From positions 1,152,001 to 1,216,000 of the forward strand of contig CAXXTF010000002.1 of assembly GCA_963665775.2 (NCBI GenBank): a DNA stretch of 64,000 bases, written 5' to 3'. Source of the stretch: Dehalococcoidia bacterium (lineage in GTDB: Bacteria; Chloroflexota; Dehalococcoidia; SM23-28-2; RBG-16-64-32). A model generated the notes under the pieces. The model saw nothing but the letters and a program-made list of their open reading frames with translations. It did no database searches and was not told where the DNA came from. A program made the position numbers and the translations under genes. The number at the start of each line of letters is the position of its first letter. Position 1 is the first letter of the stretch. Below are positions 17,943-26,492 of this stretch, piece after piece.

Positions 17943-20540
17943 ATGCTCTCCCCAACAAGTGCCGATACGACTGTCGCTAGGAAGCAGTTGGAGGACGGCA
18001 AGATAGTGCCCAGCGTCTGCCACCTCTGCGTCTACGGCCAGTGCGCCACACTGGTGCACGTCGTTGACGGCGTGGCAATAAAGATAGAGGGGAACCCCGA
18101 GGCGCCTCATAACGAGGGGAGGCTCTGCCCGAGGGGGAACTCAGCCATCATGGAGCTGTACGACCCCTACCGGGTCAAGGTGCCGATGAAGCGGACCAAC
18201 CCGGAGAAGGGGCTTGATGTGGACCCCCAATTTGTGGAGATCAGCTGGGATGAGGCCCTGGACATCGTGGCGGAGAAGCTGCGGGTGGTCAAAGAGGAAG
18301 ACTCCCGGCAGTTCCACTCCAGCGGAGGGATGGCCAGCTTCGGTCTCGCTCAAGGTTTGTTCCAGTCCTTCTTCGGTGGGGCACCGATGCACATGTTCGG
18401 CGGGGTGGCGGCCTGCGGCAGTTCGGAGCACGCCGTCTCTACCTGGGCCCATAATGGCCACGTCTCGGGATTCGATCCCGACTACGTGGAGCTGCTGATC
18501 CTGCAGGGGACGAACGCTGGATTCGGCACTTGGCTCGGTGGAGCTGCCGGCGGGGGAGTCAGTCGCGTAGCCGACGCCCGGGTGGAGCGTGGCTTGAGGA
18601 TCGTGAGCATCGACCCCCGGTGCAGCGAGGGAGGGAACAAGGCCAACGAGTGGATTCCGTTAGTTCCTGGCACTGACCTCGCCTTCAACCTGTCTATGCT
18701 GCATGTAATCCTGCATGAGCTGAATCAGTTCGACGTGGAGTTCGTTAAGCTCCACACCAACGGCCCCTACCTCATCCAGCCTAACGGCTATTACCTGAAG
18801 GATGATGACGGTAAGCCTCTGGTGTGGGACGCGGATCTTCAGGCGACTAGACCCTTTGATGACCCGGAGATCAAGGACTTTGTCCTGGAAGGTACTTACG
18901 AAGTCAACGGCGAGTCCTGCAAGCCGGCCTTCCAGATGCTGAAGGATCGGATGGCGCCGTATACGCCGGAGTGGGCGGAGAAGCTCACCACGGTGCCCGG
19001 GGCCACGGTACGGCGGCTAGCTGCCGATTTCGTCAAGACGGCGAAGATCGGGGCGACCATCAAGATCGATGGTCTGGAGCTGCCTTATCGACCGGCGGCG
19101 ATGATCGGCTACCACGGGGCGGAGCGCCACTACAACGGACCATACACGGCGATGGCCCTGCGCCTCATCAACTGTCTCGTCGGCAACTACGATGTGCCAG
19201 GCGGCAACAAGGGGATGCCGGAGATCGCTGCCCATCCGGAGATATATGACATGCCTCCCCAGAAAGACGGCATGCTGGAGTTTATCCCCCCATCGGAGAT
19301 CAAGTTCCCGCCGGATCCCGACCTCAAACAATTCTACCCACTTGCGGTCGACACACAGATAGTGTGGTTGAACTGGACCCAGAAGGACGCTGCGATGCGG
19401 GAGAAGTTCAAGATCCCGTACAACCTCAAGGTGCTGTGCCTGGGAGGCACGAACCCCTTCCGGAATCAGGGCGACCCCCGGCACACCGAGGAGATGATGA
19501 GGGCCATCGATTTCATCTTTACTCTGTCCATTCACATCGATGACCCAGCCCTGTTCGCCGACGTAATATTTCCGGAAAGCGTGGCCTCCGAACGGCTTGA
19601 GATGCACAAGTACAACGCTATGTTCCAGATAGGGCTTGAGGGGACCATGTTGCGCCAGCCCGTCGTGAAGCCTATGTACGACACCAAGCACCCTGATGAG
19701 ATGGCGATAGAGCTGGCTGAGAGACTGGGTATGCTCTACGGCGAGGGCGGCTATATAGACTTCCTGAACGGGACGCTGGGCGCCCGCGCCTGGGAAACGA
19801 GCGCTCAGGGTACAGGTCAAAGCGGCCTGGATATCAACAAGAAGCCCACTTTGGAGGAGCTCGTCGACGCGAGGCTCAAAGCAGCGCGGGGCGAGGAGAA
19901 GGGGCTGGAGTGGTTCAGGGAAAACGGACTGGAGTTTACCAAGATCCCGGTTGAGAAAGATTACCACTGGGCACCCCTATCCGGGCGCCGCTTCCCCCTC
20001 TACTTCGAGCCGGTGAAAGAGTTGGGTGACTTGCTGAAGAAGAAGATCAACGAGGAGTACGGATGGGACTGGGACACCTCCTGGTACGACGCGCTGCCAC
20101 GCTGGGAACCATGCCCAGAACATGACGCAGAGAAGTTCCCTCCGGACATGGATCTGTATGTTATGAATTACAAGACGCCGTTCAACACCAATAGCCAGAC
20201 AGGTGGTAACCCCTGGCTGAGTGAGGTCTTCGAGGCTGACCCCTATTTCCTGCGGCTGTGGATACACGAGGAGACGGGGAAGAGAAAAGGGCTTCGCGAC
20301 GGCGACAAGGTCTGGATCGAGTCGAGCATGGCGAAACTGGAGGGACGGGTGAAGCTGAGCCAGACCGTCCATCCCCAGGTCGTAGCGATCGGCGGCGCCG
20401 GGGGGAGCTGGGCCACCAGTCCCTTGGCCAAGAAGGGCATTAACTTCGCCAGCTTGCTGCCACAGACGCCGGAGCAGATCAACCCTATGCTCTGTAACCT
20501 CGATTGGTGCACGCGAGTCAGGCTTACTGCAAGGTCGTAA
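17943..20540 (+). CDS. Mo-bisPGD oxidoreductase catalytic subunit, copy 2 (tandem paralog)
   Basis: Same motifs as copy 1 with long identical peptide stretches; GGAGG RBS before ATG 17943. Confidence 0.92.
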   Translation: MLSPTSADTTVARKQLEDGKIVPSVCHLCVYGQCATLVHVVDGVAIKIEGNPEAPHNEGRLCPRGNSAIMELYDPYRVKVPMKRTNPEKGLDVDPQFVEISWDEALDIVAEKLRVVKEEDSRQFHSSGGMASFGLAQGLFQSFFGGAPMHMFGGVAACGSSEHAVSTWAHNGHVSGFDPDYVELLILQGTNAGFGTWLGGAAGGGVSRVADARVERGLRIVSIDPRCSEGGNKANEWIPLVPGTDLAFNLSMLHVILHELNQFDVEFVKLHTNGPYLIQPNGYYLKDDDGKPLVWDADLQATRPFDDPEIKDFVLEGTYEVNGESCKPAFQMLKDRMAPYTPEWAEKLTTVPGATVRRLAADFVKTAKIGATIKIDGLELPYRPAAMIGYHGAERHYNGPYTAMALRLINCLVGNYDVPGGNKGMPEIAAHPEIYDMPPQKDGMLEFIPPSEIKFPPDPDLKQFYPLAVDTQIVWLNWTQKDAAMREKFKIPYNLKVLCLGGTNPFRNQGDPRHTEEMMRAIDFIFTLSIHIDDPALFADVIFPESVASERLEMHKYNAMFQIGLEGTMLRQPVVKPMYDTKHPDEMAIELAERLGMLYGEGGYIDFLNGTLGARAWETSAQGTGQSGLDINKKPTLEELVDARLKAARGEEKGLEWFRENGLEFTKIPVEKDYHWAPLSGRRFPLYFEPVKELGDLLKKKINEEYGWDWDTSWYDALPRWEPCPEHDAEKFPPDMDLYVMNYKTPFNTNSQTGGNPWLSEVFEADPYFLRLWIHEETGKRKGLRDGDKVWIESSMAKLEGRVKLSQTVHPQVVAIGGAGGSWATSPLAKKGINFASLLPQTPEQINPMLCNLDWCTRVRLTARS

Positions 20541-20795
20541 AGGGGCCGCCCAACTGACGTCCGTCTGTATGTCGTCAGCATAATTGGGACAGTCGCCGCG
20601 ATTTTCTAATGGACGGAGGGTGGTCGCGCCCGCCTAAGCCGATGGCAGCGTCCGCGTTGTTGTAGCGTCCTCTGTCTGACCTCCTTCGAATCACCCGCCC
20701 TGTCGCCCTTCCTCCCGCCAGCGTCGAACGTCTACGCCTCGACAAAGTAAAGCAGGCCGAAGAGCGTCTCGCTATGTACTCAAGGTACGAAGACC

Positions 20796-20936
20796 ATGAC
20801 TGCTATTCGCGACGCCTCAAGCATCTGCATCACCACGGACATCTACAGCCATGTCCTGCCTGCCCTCGCTCCCCAGGCGATCGAGGGCCTGGGACAACTG
20901 CTATCCGGCACCGGTTGCCGCGAGGCACGCCGCTAA
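20796..20936 (+). pseudogene. C-terminal remnant of a tyrosine recombinase/integrase
   Basis: Translates MTAIRDASSICITTDIYSHVLPALAPQAIEGLGQLL; resembles HATVSITLDTYSHAIPAM of the integrase at 29190. Confidence 0.55.
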
Positions 20937-20995
20937 GAAATTGTCTGATCAACCGGTAACGAGCCTTAGCCCTAAAGTGTGCTATTTTGTATCTC

Positions 20996-21085
20996 GGAGG
21001 GGTGCCGGAGTGGTTGAACGGGGCGGTCTTGAAAACCGCTAGGGCTTCCGGGTCCTCGTGGGTTCGAATCCCACCCCCTCCGCCA
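20996..21085 (+). tRNA. tRNA-Ser (anticodon TGA), CCA encoded
   Basis: Acceptor GGAGGGG/CCCCTCC + G + CCA; anticodon arm GCGGT-CTTGAAA-ACCGC; long variable arm; GGTTCGAATCC T-arm. Confidence 0.96.
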
Positions 21086-21288
21086 GCTAGATACAAAATC
21101 GGGCGTATCGGGCGTCGGTGCAGTAGAGTCCCAGCTAGTGGTGTTAGAGAGGTCTAACTACAACGAGACCACCGCGTGATCCTCACGACGAATGCAGCAT
21201 AACGTGAGGAGGTGACGAAGGTGGTCAAGGACAGCACTGACGTTCTCAGGCTAGTGTGCAAGCGCGGAGTGTACGACGCTAAGGAAGC

Positions 21289-21363
21289 ACGTCCGCCACG
21301 GCCATCTACCTAGCAGGTGACGGAGTCGCAGCAGCGGAAGGGGCGTACGACAGGGCCTGGGGG
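21289..21363 (+). pseudogene. Frameshifted XerC/D-like C-terminal remnant (copy A)
   Basis: TSATAIYL/QVTESQQRK/AYDRAW read across two frameshifts; matches the Xer TTQIYTHV..LR.AYD pattern. Confidence 0.45.
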
Positions 21364-21565
21364 CCCAGGGATGGGAGTGCAGGTGCGGCCAGGACTCGGC
21401 ACCGGCCGTCGCCTTGTAGATCACCCTAAGAGCATTATCGCCTTCTCAATCGGTTGCCAACAATCCAGAGCCCGCCCATGCCTAGAAAGCCCAGCGCCAG
21501 GGCCGGTGTAACCGCTGCTGCGCTCGTGACTGGCGAACCGGAAGCAGGGCTGCTCGAACGGCGCT

Positions 21566-22018
21566 CTAGAGCGGGCTCCCGATATCCGGGCAAGGCTCCG
21601 TCTGGGTCACGGGCAGGACAACCACGAAGCGCAGTATTTTGAGGGCGTCAACAGCGTCGATATCGTTGTCACAGTCCACGTCTCCGAAGAGGGAAGCTAC
21701 TTCACTGCCGATGGCCGGACAGCCTGGCTGCTGGCTCACACGCAGCCCCGCGACATGCTGCTGCACGTTAAGGGCGTCAACGCTGTCCACGCCTGGTTTG
21801 CAGTTAACGTTGCCCTGGGTCAATGCAAGAGGTGTGGGAGCAGCAGTGGGAGCAGCAGTGGGTTCCCCGCCTCCGCATGGGTAATCCGGATCCGACACTA
21901 GGTGGCAGGCGGGAGTCGCCACGCGCACGTCAAAGGTTAGCCAGCCGACGAGAGCAATCACGGCCACCGCGATTGTGACAGCCACCAACTTGAGGCGTGT
22001 ACCAGACATCTCAGGCAT
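21566..22018 (-). CDS. Small secreted/anchored protein with a dockerin-like EF-hand duplicated domain
   Basis: Signal/TM helix, PTAAPTAAPTP linker, GNVNCKPGVDSVDAL and GDVDCDNDIDAVDAL repeats. Confidence 0.75.
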   Translation of the reverse strand: MPEMSGTRLKLVAVTIAVAVIALVGWLTFDVRVATPACHLVSDPDYPCGGGEPTAAPTAAPTPLALTQGNVNCKPGVDSVDALNVQQHVAGLRVSQQPGCPAIGSEVASLFGDVDCDNDIDAVDALKILRFVVVLPVTQTEPCPDIGSPL

Positions 22019-22295
22019 TCCAATCGCTCCTTATTCTAGCCCGCTGCTGGGAGGCTTGCGGGATCTAGCGAAGCTGGCTCTTCGGGTTATGAATTCGCGA
22101 TACGCCACGACTCTCATACGATCAGTGAGGCGGTAGGGATTGCCACTCATTCACAGATATGGAGCCGCAGCGCTAGTCTACCTCATCGGAGCACGGTCGG
22201 GAAGTAATAGGGTACCGCCGCCGCCATTCTAGGAGATGCACTGATTCTAAACGGGTAGAGAAACGCAAGGGCACTCTCATCCCCCTTAGCTGGAC

Positions 22296-22445
22296 TACGC
22301 TCAGGAGAACGCCTCGGGTAACGTGCAGCACCTCTTAGGCCACGCCAGCCCGTCTGCCACGGCAATCAGCCCGCGTGTCCCGAAGTCGCAACAGCGCAGC
22401 GTAAATGAGGCCGTTAGTATGGCTTCGAAGGCCGTCCTGAAGTAG
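22296..22445 (+). pseudogene. Degenerate XerC/D-like C-terminal remnant (copy B)
   Basis: LRSGERLG/NVQHLLGHASPSATAISPRVPKSQQRS; box II VQxLLGHAS present, catalytic Tyr lost. Confidence 0.55.
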
Positions 22446-22501
22446 ACTCGCTGTCAGTGGGGTATTTGTGGCGTACCGCCACCCAGCACTGGAGGAGTGA
22501 A

Positions 22502-22912
22502 GTGTCAGAAGAAAACAAGGAGATCGTCCGTCGATTCTATGCAGCTATTAATGCGGGAAGGCTGGAGATAATCGACGAGCTCGTGGCGGAGGACTTAGTT
22601 GAGCACGAGGAGTTTCCTGGCGTAGCCAGCGGTCGAGAAGGCGTGCGACAATTCATGCAGATGATGAGGACGGCATTCCCGGACTTCGCGATGACGATAG
22701 AGGACATCGTGGCGGAGGGAGACAAAGTATTCATCCGGGCAACCATGAGGGGTAGGCACCGAGGGGAGTTCATGGGCATCCCAGCGACGGGCAAGCAGAT
22801 CGAAGTCCCCTTTGGCGATTTCGTTCGCTTCGAGGGTGGCAAGGTGGTTGAACACTGGGGCGTGACGGACACAGGCAAGATGATGGAGCAACTGGGTGTC
22901 GCGGGTCAGTAG
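22502..22912 (+). CDS. SnoaL-like ester cyclase family protein
   Basis: SEENKEIVRRFY, AFPD, VAEGDKV, GEFMGIPATGK, GKVVEHW; GGAGG RBS before GTG 22502. Confidence 0.88.
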   Translation: MSEENKEIVRRFYAAINAGRLEIIDELVAEDLVEHEEFPGVASGREGVRQFMQMMRTAFPDFAMTIEDIVAEGDKVFIRATMRGRHRGEFMGIPATGKQIEVPFGDFVRFEGGKVVEHWGVTDTGKMMEQLGVAGQ

Positions 22913-23089
22913 CGAATCAATCCGATACGTACGCGCTGGCCTACGTGCGTAGAGCCCGGCCCGCTGTGTCTGGACACTAGTTACAACGGACGCGCACACG
23001 CTCGCCCTAAAACAGGTGGCGCAGGATGCTAACACTGGCGTGAGGCGCAAGCTTTGCCCCGATAGTATCTAGGCGGGCGAGGAACACCT

Positions 23090-23452
23090 ATGGTCAACAG
23101 CCAGGGGCTGACACACATCCACATAGCTGTGCGTGATTTGGAGCGCTCGCTGAAGTTCTACCAAGAAGCGTTCAGCATGGACGTGCGCTATTGGGACGGC
23201 CCAGCGATGGTATTCCTGAACACACCCGGCTCTAATGATACGATCACTTTGAGGCAGGCAGAAGAGGGAGAGCCGGTCGGCCCAGGTGGGGGAATCGCCC
23301 ACTTTGGCTTTCGGCTAAGGCACAAGGAAGACCTCGAATCGGCCATACGACATCTCGTTGACGCAGGGGGCTCATTACTTGAGCGCGGTGAACACCCGAC
23401 TGGCGCCTATGCCTACGTGTCCGACCCGGACGGGTACGTAATCGAACTGTAA
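23090..23452 (+). CDS. VOC/glyoxalase family protein
   Basis: LTHIHIAVRDLERSLKFY, HFGF, YVSDPDGYVIEL. Confidence 0.88.
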   Translation: MVNSQGLTHIHIAVRDLERSLKFYQEAFSMDVRYWDGPAMVFLNTPGSNDTITLRQAEEGEPVGPGGGIAHFGFRLRHKEDLESAIRHLVDAGGSLLERGEHPTGAYAYVSDPDGYVIEL

Positions 23453-23653
23453 GTTGGGGAGGCCCAGACCCAGGCTGCGATTAACAGCGTTGGCGTATCT
23501 AACCCATGACGGCTGCATCTAACGCAGCGCATCTATCAGGTGTACAATCTCGCCATGGAGAATGTCCCGCCTCCTGTCGAGGTGGTGACGCGCATAGAGG
23601 GCGTTACCCTTGCAGCAAGAGGTGCGGCTAACCACACTCTAGGAGGATTCGAA

Positions 23654-23869
23654 ATGCTCGATAATAGCGCAGTCGCCTTAGGCCGAATATTCGGCTGGCT
23701 AGTCGTAGTGGGGGCGGTAGCCCTTGGGGTCAAGGTCGCCGGAGACGCAGGCCAAAACCAGAGCGAGTTCTGGCTTGTCGTGAATGTCAGCATTACCCCA
23801 GCGGCCATCGGATTCCTAACCATTGTTGCCGCAGAGATCGCCAATCAACTTGGCACTCGCCGGGCATGA
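23654..23869 (+). CDS. Small two-helix membrane protein
   Basis: AGGAGG RBS before ATG 23654; two hydrophobic segments. Confidence 0.55.
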   Translation: MLDNSAVALGRIFGWLVVVGAVALGVKVAGDAGQNQSEFWLVVNVSITPAAIGFLTIVAAEIANQLGTRRA

Positions 23870-23888
23870 ACCGCCTCGACCGATCGTC

Positions 23889-23948
23889 ATGAGCATCACC
23901 ACAGCGCGACTTGCCCTTCGCGAGTTCGTAACTGAGGTACCCTATTAA
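23889..23948 (+). pseudogene. 5' fragment of a RimJ/RimL-type GNAT acetyltransferase
   Basis: MSITTARLALREFVTE matches the xIxTxRLxLRxF N-terminal signature, then stops after 19 aa. Confidence 0.45.
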
Positions 23949-24763
23949 TTAAATTCGATGACAGGATAGGGCGGCTCGAAGTCGGCGCTGGTGACGTTGC
24001 GGTCAACCTCCGTTGCCTCAAAACGGAAATCGACGGATCCCTCCGGCCCGGAGAACGAAACCGCCATCAGCAGCATGAGGCCGTCCTGCGCGAAGCACAC
24101 GTCTGACTCACCTGTTTCACCTTCCACAGTACCGCTGACGGTGAAGCACAGGGCCTCCTCGCCAGCGATGGTCCTCGTTGAGCGGTCGATGTCGAAGCCA
24201 GGAGGCGCATCCCCAAGGAACTGATCAACGAGCGCATCGGGGTCGGTGAAAAAGTCCGCAAAGGGTATAGGCGCTACCTGGTCAAACGGCCCTCCGCTCA
24301 GGGACAGGCATTGGCCCTGGGTGCAAAGGTGAACGTCGCCGTCAACCGTTATCATGGTAAGCGCACCAGCACCGCTGGTAAGGTCTCCGGACATATCTAT
24401 TCGCCAGTTAGGCGGTTGCCAGGTCAGAGTCATCTCGCCCTGCTGGGTTTCGCCGCCTTGCGCGATCCCTAGCCCATAGGTGACCTTGGCGGAGCTATTG
24501 GCCCATTGCTGGCCCAGGCTCAAGAGCTCGCTGCTGGCATCCGTGCCCGGCGTTCCGCCGCCGGGTGTCTCGCCCCCGGGTGTCTCGCCCCCGGGCATCT
24601 CGCCGCCACTGGGAGTCTCATCGCCGCTGCCACCAGTCGGAGTAGCCTGCGATGGAGACGTCGCTTGTGGCGATGGTGTGCTGTCGGCTTCGTCATCGCG
24701 ATCGCCGCCGCAGGCGGCCGCCACGAGGAGAGTTGCCAGAATCAGGCCGAGGCCTGGCACCAT
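23945..24763 (-). CDS. Lipoprotein of unknown function; 5' end abuts IS1380
   Basis: LLVAAACGG lipobox, low-complexity linker with GGETP repeats, beta-rich C-domain ending DFEPPYPV. Confidence 0.7.
   Translation of the reverse strand: MVPGLGLILATLLVAAACGGDRDDEADSTPSPQATSPSQATPTGGSGDETPSGGEMPGGETPGGETPGGGTPGTDASSELLSLGQQWANSSAKVTYGLGIAQGGETQQGEMTLTWQPPNWRIDMSGDLTSGAGALTMITVDGDVHLCTQGQCLSLSGGPFDQVAPIPFADFFTDPDALVDQFLGDAPPGFDIDRSTRTIAGEEALCFTVSGTVEGETGESDVCFAQDGLMLLMAVSFSGPEGSVDFRFEATEVDRNVTSADFEPPYPVIEFN
24546..24605. repeat. Four 15-bp tandem units encoding the (PGGET)n linker
   Basis: CCGGGTGTCTCGCCC x2 exact plus two variants. Confidence 0.7.
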
Positions 24764-24781
24764 CCATCCTCTACGTATAAG

Positions 24782-26485
24782 CCCGAATCCACCGAAGGAC
24801 GGCCTTGGGGACAGTCCTTGAAGAAGCCATCGGGTGCTCCTCTGAATCTGGGATAATGGTTTTGGAACAGAAACCAGCCCGGAAACAAGGAGCACCCAAT
24901 AGATGCTACCACAGAACAAACCCGACCGTATCCGCATCCTCTTTGACGACCATCGCCTGGTGGCCAATGCCGGCCTGCTCCTGCCAGCCACCCTAGCCCG
25001 GCACCTGGGCCTGCGGGAACTCGTCGACCATCACCTTGACCTCGGCGGAGCGCCGGGACGGGCGAACACTGGGGACAAGATGCTGACGCTGGTCGCTTCC
25101 GCGCTGGCAGGCGGCGACTGCATCGACGACGCCGATGCGCTGCGCGCTGGTGGGACGGTCGGTGTTCTAGGCTGCGTGGTCAAGGCGCCATCCACCCTGG
25201 GGACCTTCCTGCGCAGCTTCCGGTGGGGGCATGTCCGTCAACTCGACCGCGTGAGCCGCCAGTTGTTGGCCCGGGCCTGGGCCGCTGGGGCCGGACCCGG
25301 CGACTCGCCCCTGACCATCGACCTGGACTCGACCATCTGCGAGACCTATGGACTGGCCAAGGAGGGAGCGCGCCACCACGGCTATACCGGCGCCCGCGGC
25401 TATCACCCGCTGCTGGCCATTGCCGCCGGCACCGGCGAGGTGCTGATGTCCCGGCTGCGCGAGGGCCGGGCCAACACCGCCCGTGGCGCCGCCCACTTCC
25501 TGCGTGAGACGGTGGGGCGGGTGCGCTACGGCGGGGCCAGGGGACAACTCACGGTGCGGGCCGACAGCGGCTTCTACGCCCACACTGTCGTTGCCGCCTG
25601 CCGGGAAATGGATGTCCGCTTCTCTATCACCATCCGCCAGCGCGCCAGCCTGCGGGACCTGATCGAGGCGATACCAGAGGAGGACTGGACTCCCATTCCC
25701 TACTGGATGGACGGCGCCGCCGATGTCGCCGAGACGACTTACACCCCGTTCCAGACCAAGCCGGACGCCGCGCCGGTGCGGCTCATTGTCCGGCGGGTGA
25801 AGCCGACGCCCGGTTCCCAGCTCGCCCTCTTCGCCAGATACAGCTATCACGCCTTCATCACCGACCGCGATGGGGAGACGCTGGAACTGGAGGCTGATCA
25901 TCGCCGCCACGCCGAGGTCGAGAACGCCATACGCGACCTCAAGTACGGCGTCGGGCTGAACCACATGCCGTCGGGGCGCTTCGCCGCCAACGGCGCCTGG
26001 CTGGCGGGCCAGGTGATGGCGCATAACCTGGCCCGCTGGACAGCCCGCATCGGCCTGGGTCAGCAGATCGTGACCACCAAGACCCTCAGGCGGCGGGTCT
26101 TCGCTCTCGTGGGACGGATCACCCGCTCGGCGCGCCGCCTCACTTTGCATCTCCCCCGGCGCTGGCCTTGGGAAACCCAGTTCAGTCGCGCCTTGGCCCG
26201 GCTGCAAGCCATTCCATTCCCGGCCTGACGGCCAGCCTGCAACTGACCCAACGTCCCCGCAATCTCGCGCCACCCCGGTCGCGAGAGTCCCCTGCTGCGT
26301 ATCCTCTCGCCATCCCGCGCATCGCAACTCCCGCATAGGGCCTTAGGGGCCCTGTGCGGCGACTGAAGACCGTCCGCCGGCCTCCCATCTACCCCAAGAC
26401 CCCAGGCCATCTCCCCTGTAGCTCCCTCACCCACCCCCTTCCGCTGTCCTCACGCCGTCCATCCGTGTCCTTCGGTGGATTCGGG
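24782..26485 (+). mobile_element. IS1380-family insertion sequence (~1.7 kb)
   Basis: 19-bp perfect terminal inverted repeats CCCGAATCCACCGAAGGAC / GTCCTTCGGTGGATTCGGG enclosing the transposase; no clear target-site duplication. Confidence 0.9.
24903..26228 (+). CDS. IS1380 family DDE transposase
   Basis: APSTLGTFLR, TIDLDSTI, GYHPLLA, VRADSGFY, HAEVENAIRDLKYG, FAANGAWL. Confidence 0.93.
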   Translation: MLPQNKPDRIRILFDDHRLVANAGLLLPATLARHLGLRELVDHHLDLGGAPGRANTGDKMLTLVASALAGGDCIDDADALRAGGTVGVLGCVVKAPSTLGTFLRSFRWGHVRQLDRVSRQLLARAWAAGAGPGDSPLTIDLDSTICETYGLAKEGARHHGYTGARGYHPLLAIAAGTGEVLMSRLREGRANTARGAAHFLRETVGRVRYGGARGQLTVRADSGFYAHTVVAACREMDVRFSITIRQRASLRDLIEAIPEEDWTPIPYWMDGAADVAETTYTPFQTKPDAAPVRLIVRRVKPTPGSQLALFARYSYHAFITDRDGETLELEADHRRHAEVENAIRDLKYGVGLNHMPSGRFAANGAWLAGQVMAHNLARWTARIGLGQQIVTTKTLRRRVFALVGRITRSARRLTLHLPRRWPWETQFSRALARLQAIPFPA

Positions 26486-26492
26486 GTTACCC

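Noticed and set aside
20996-21085. tRNA-Sec candidate, given the Sec-containing selD
   Set aside because: Anticodon is TGA (reads UCA, Ser), not TCA; canonical 7-bp acceptor stem
23453-23540. Integron attC-like sites (CTAAC/GTT motifs) between small cargo genes
   Set aside because: No paired R''/R' boxes with an internal palindrome and no IntI-type integrase; only short GCATCTAAC-like repeats
24764-24991. N-terminal extension of the 23945-24991 ORF
   Set aside because: It runs through the IS1380 left end antisense to the transposase; the lipoprotein signal begins near 24763
26430-26445. CCCACCCCCTTCCGC resembling the tRNA-Ser 3' end
   Set aside because: Lies inside the IS1380 right arm in a pyrimidine-rich tract and is imperfect; likely coincidental
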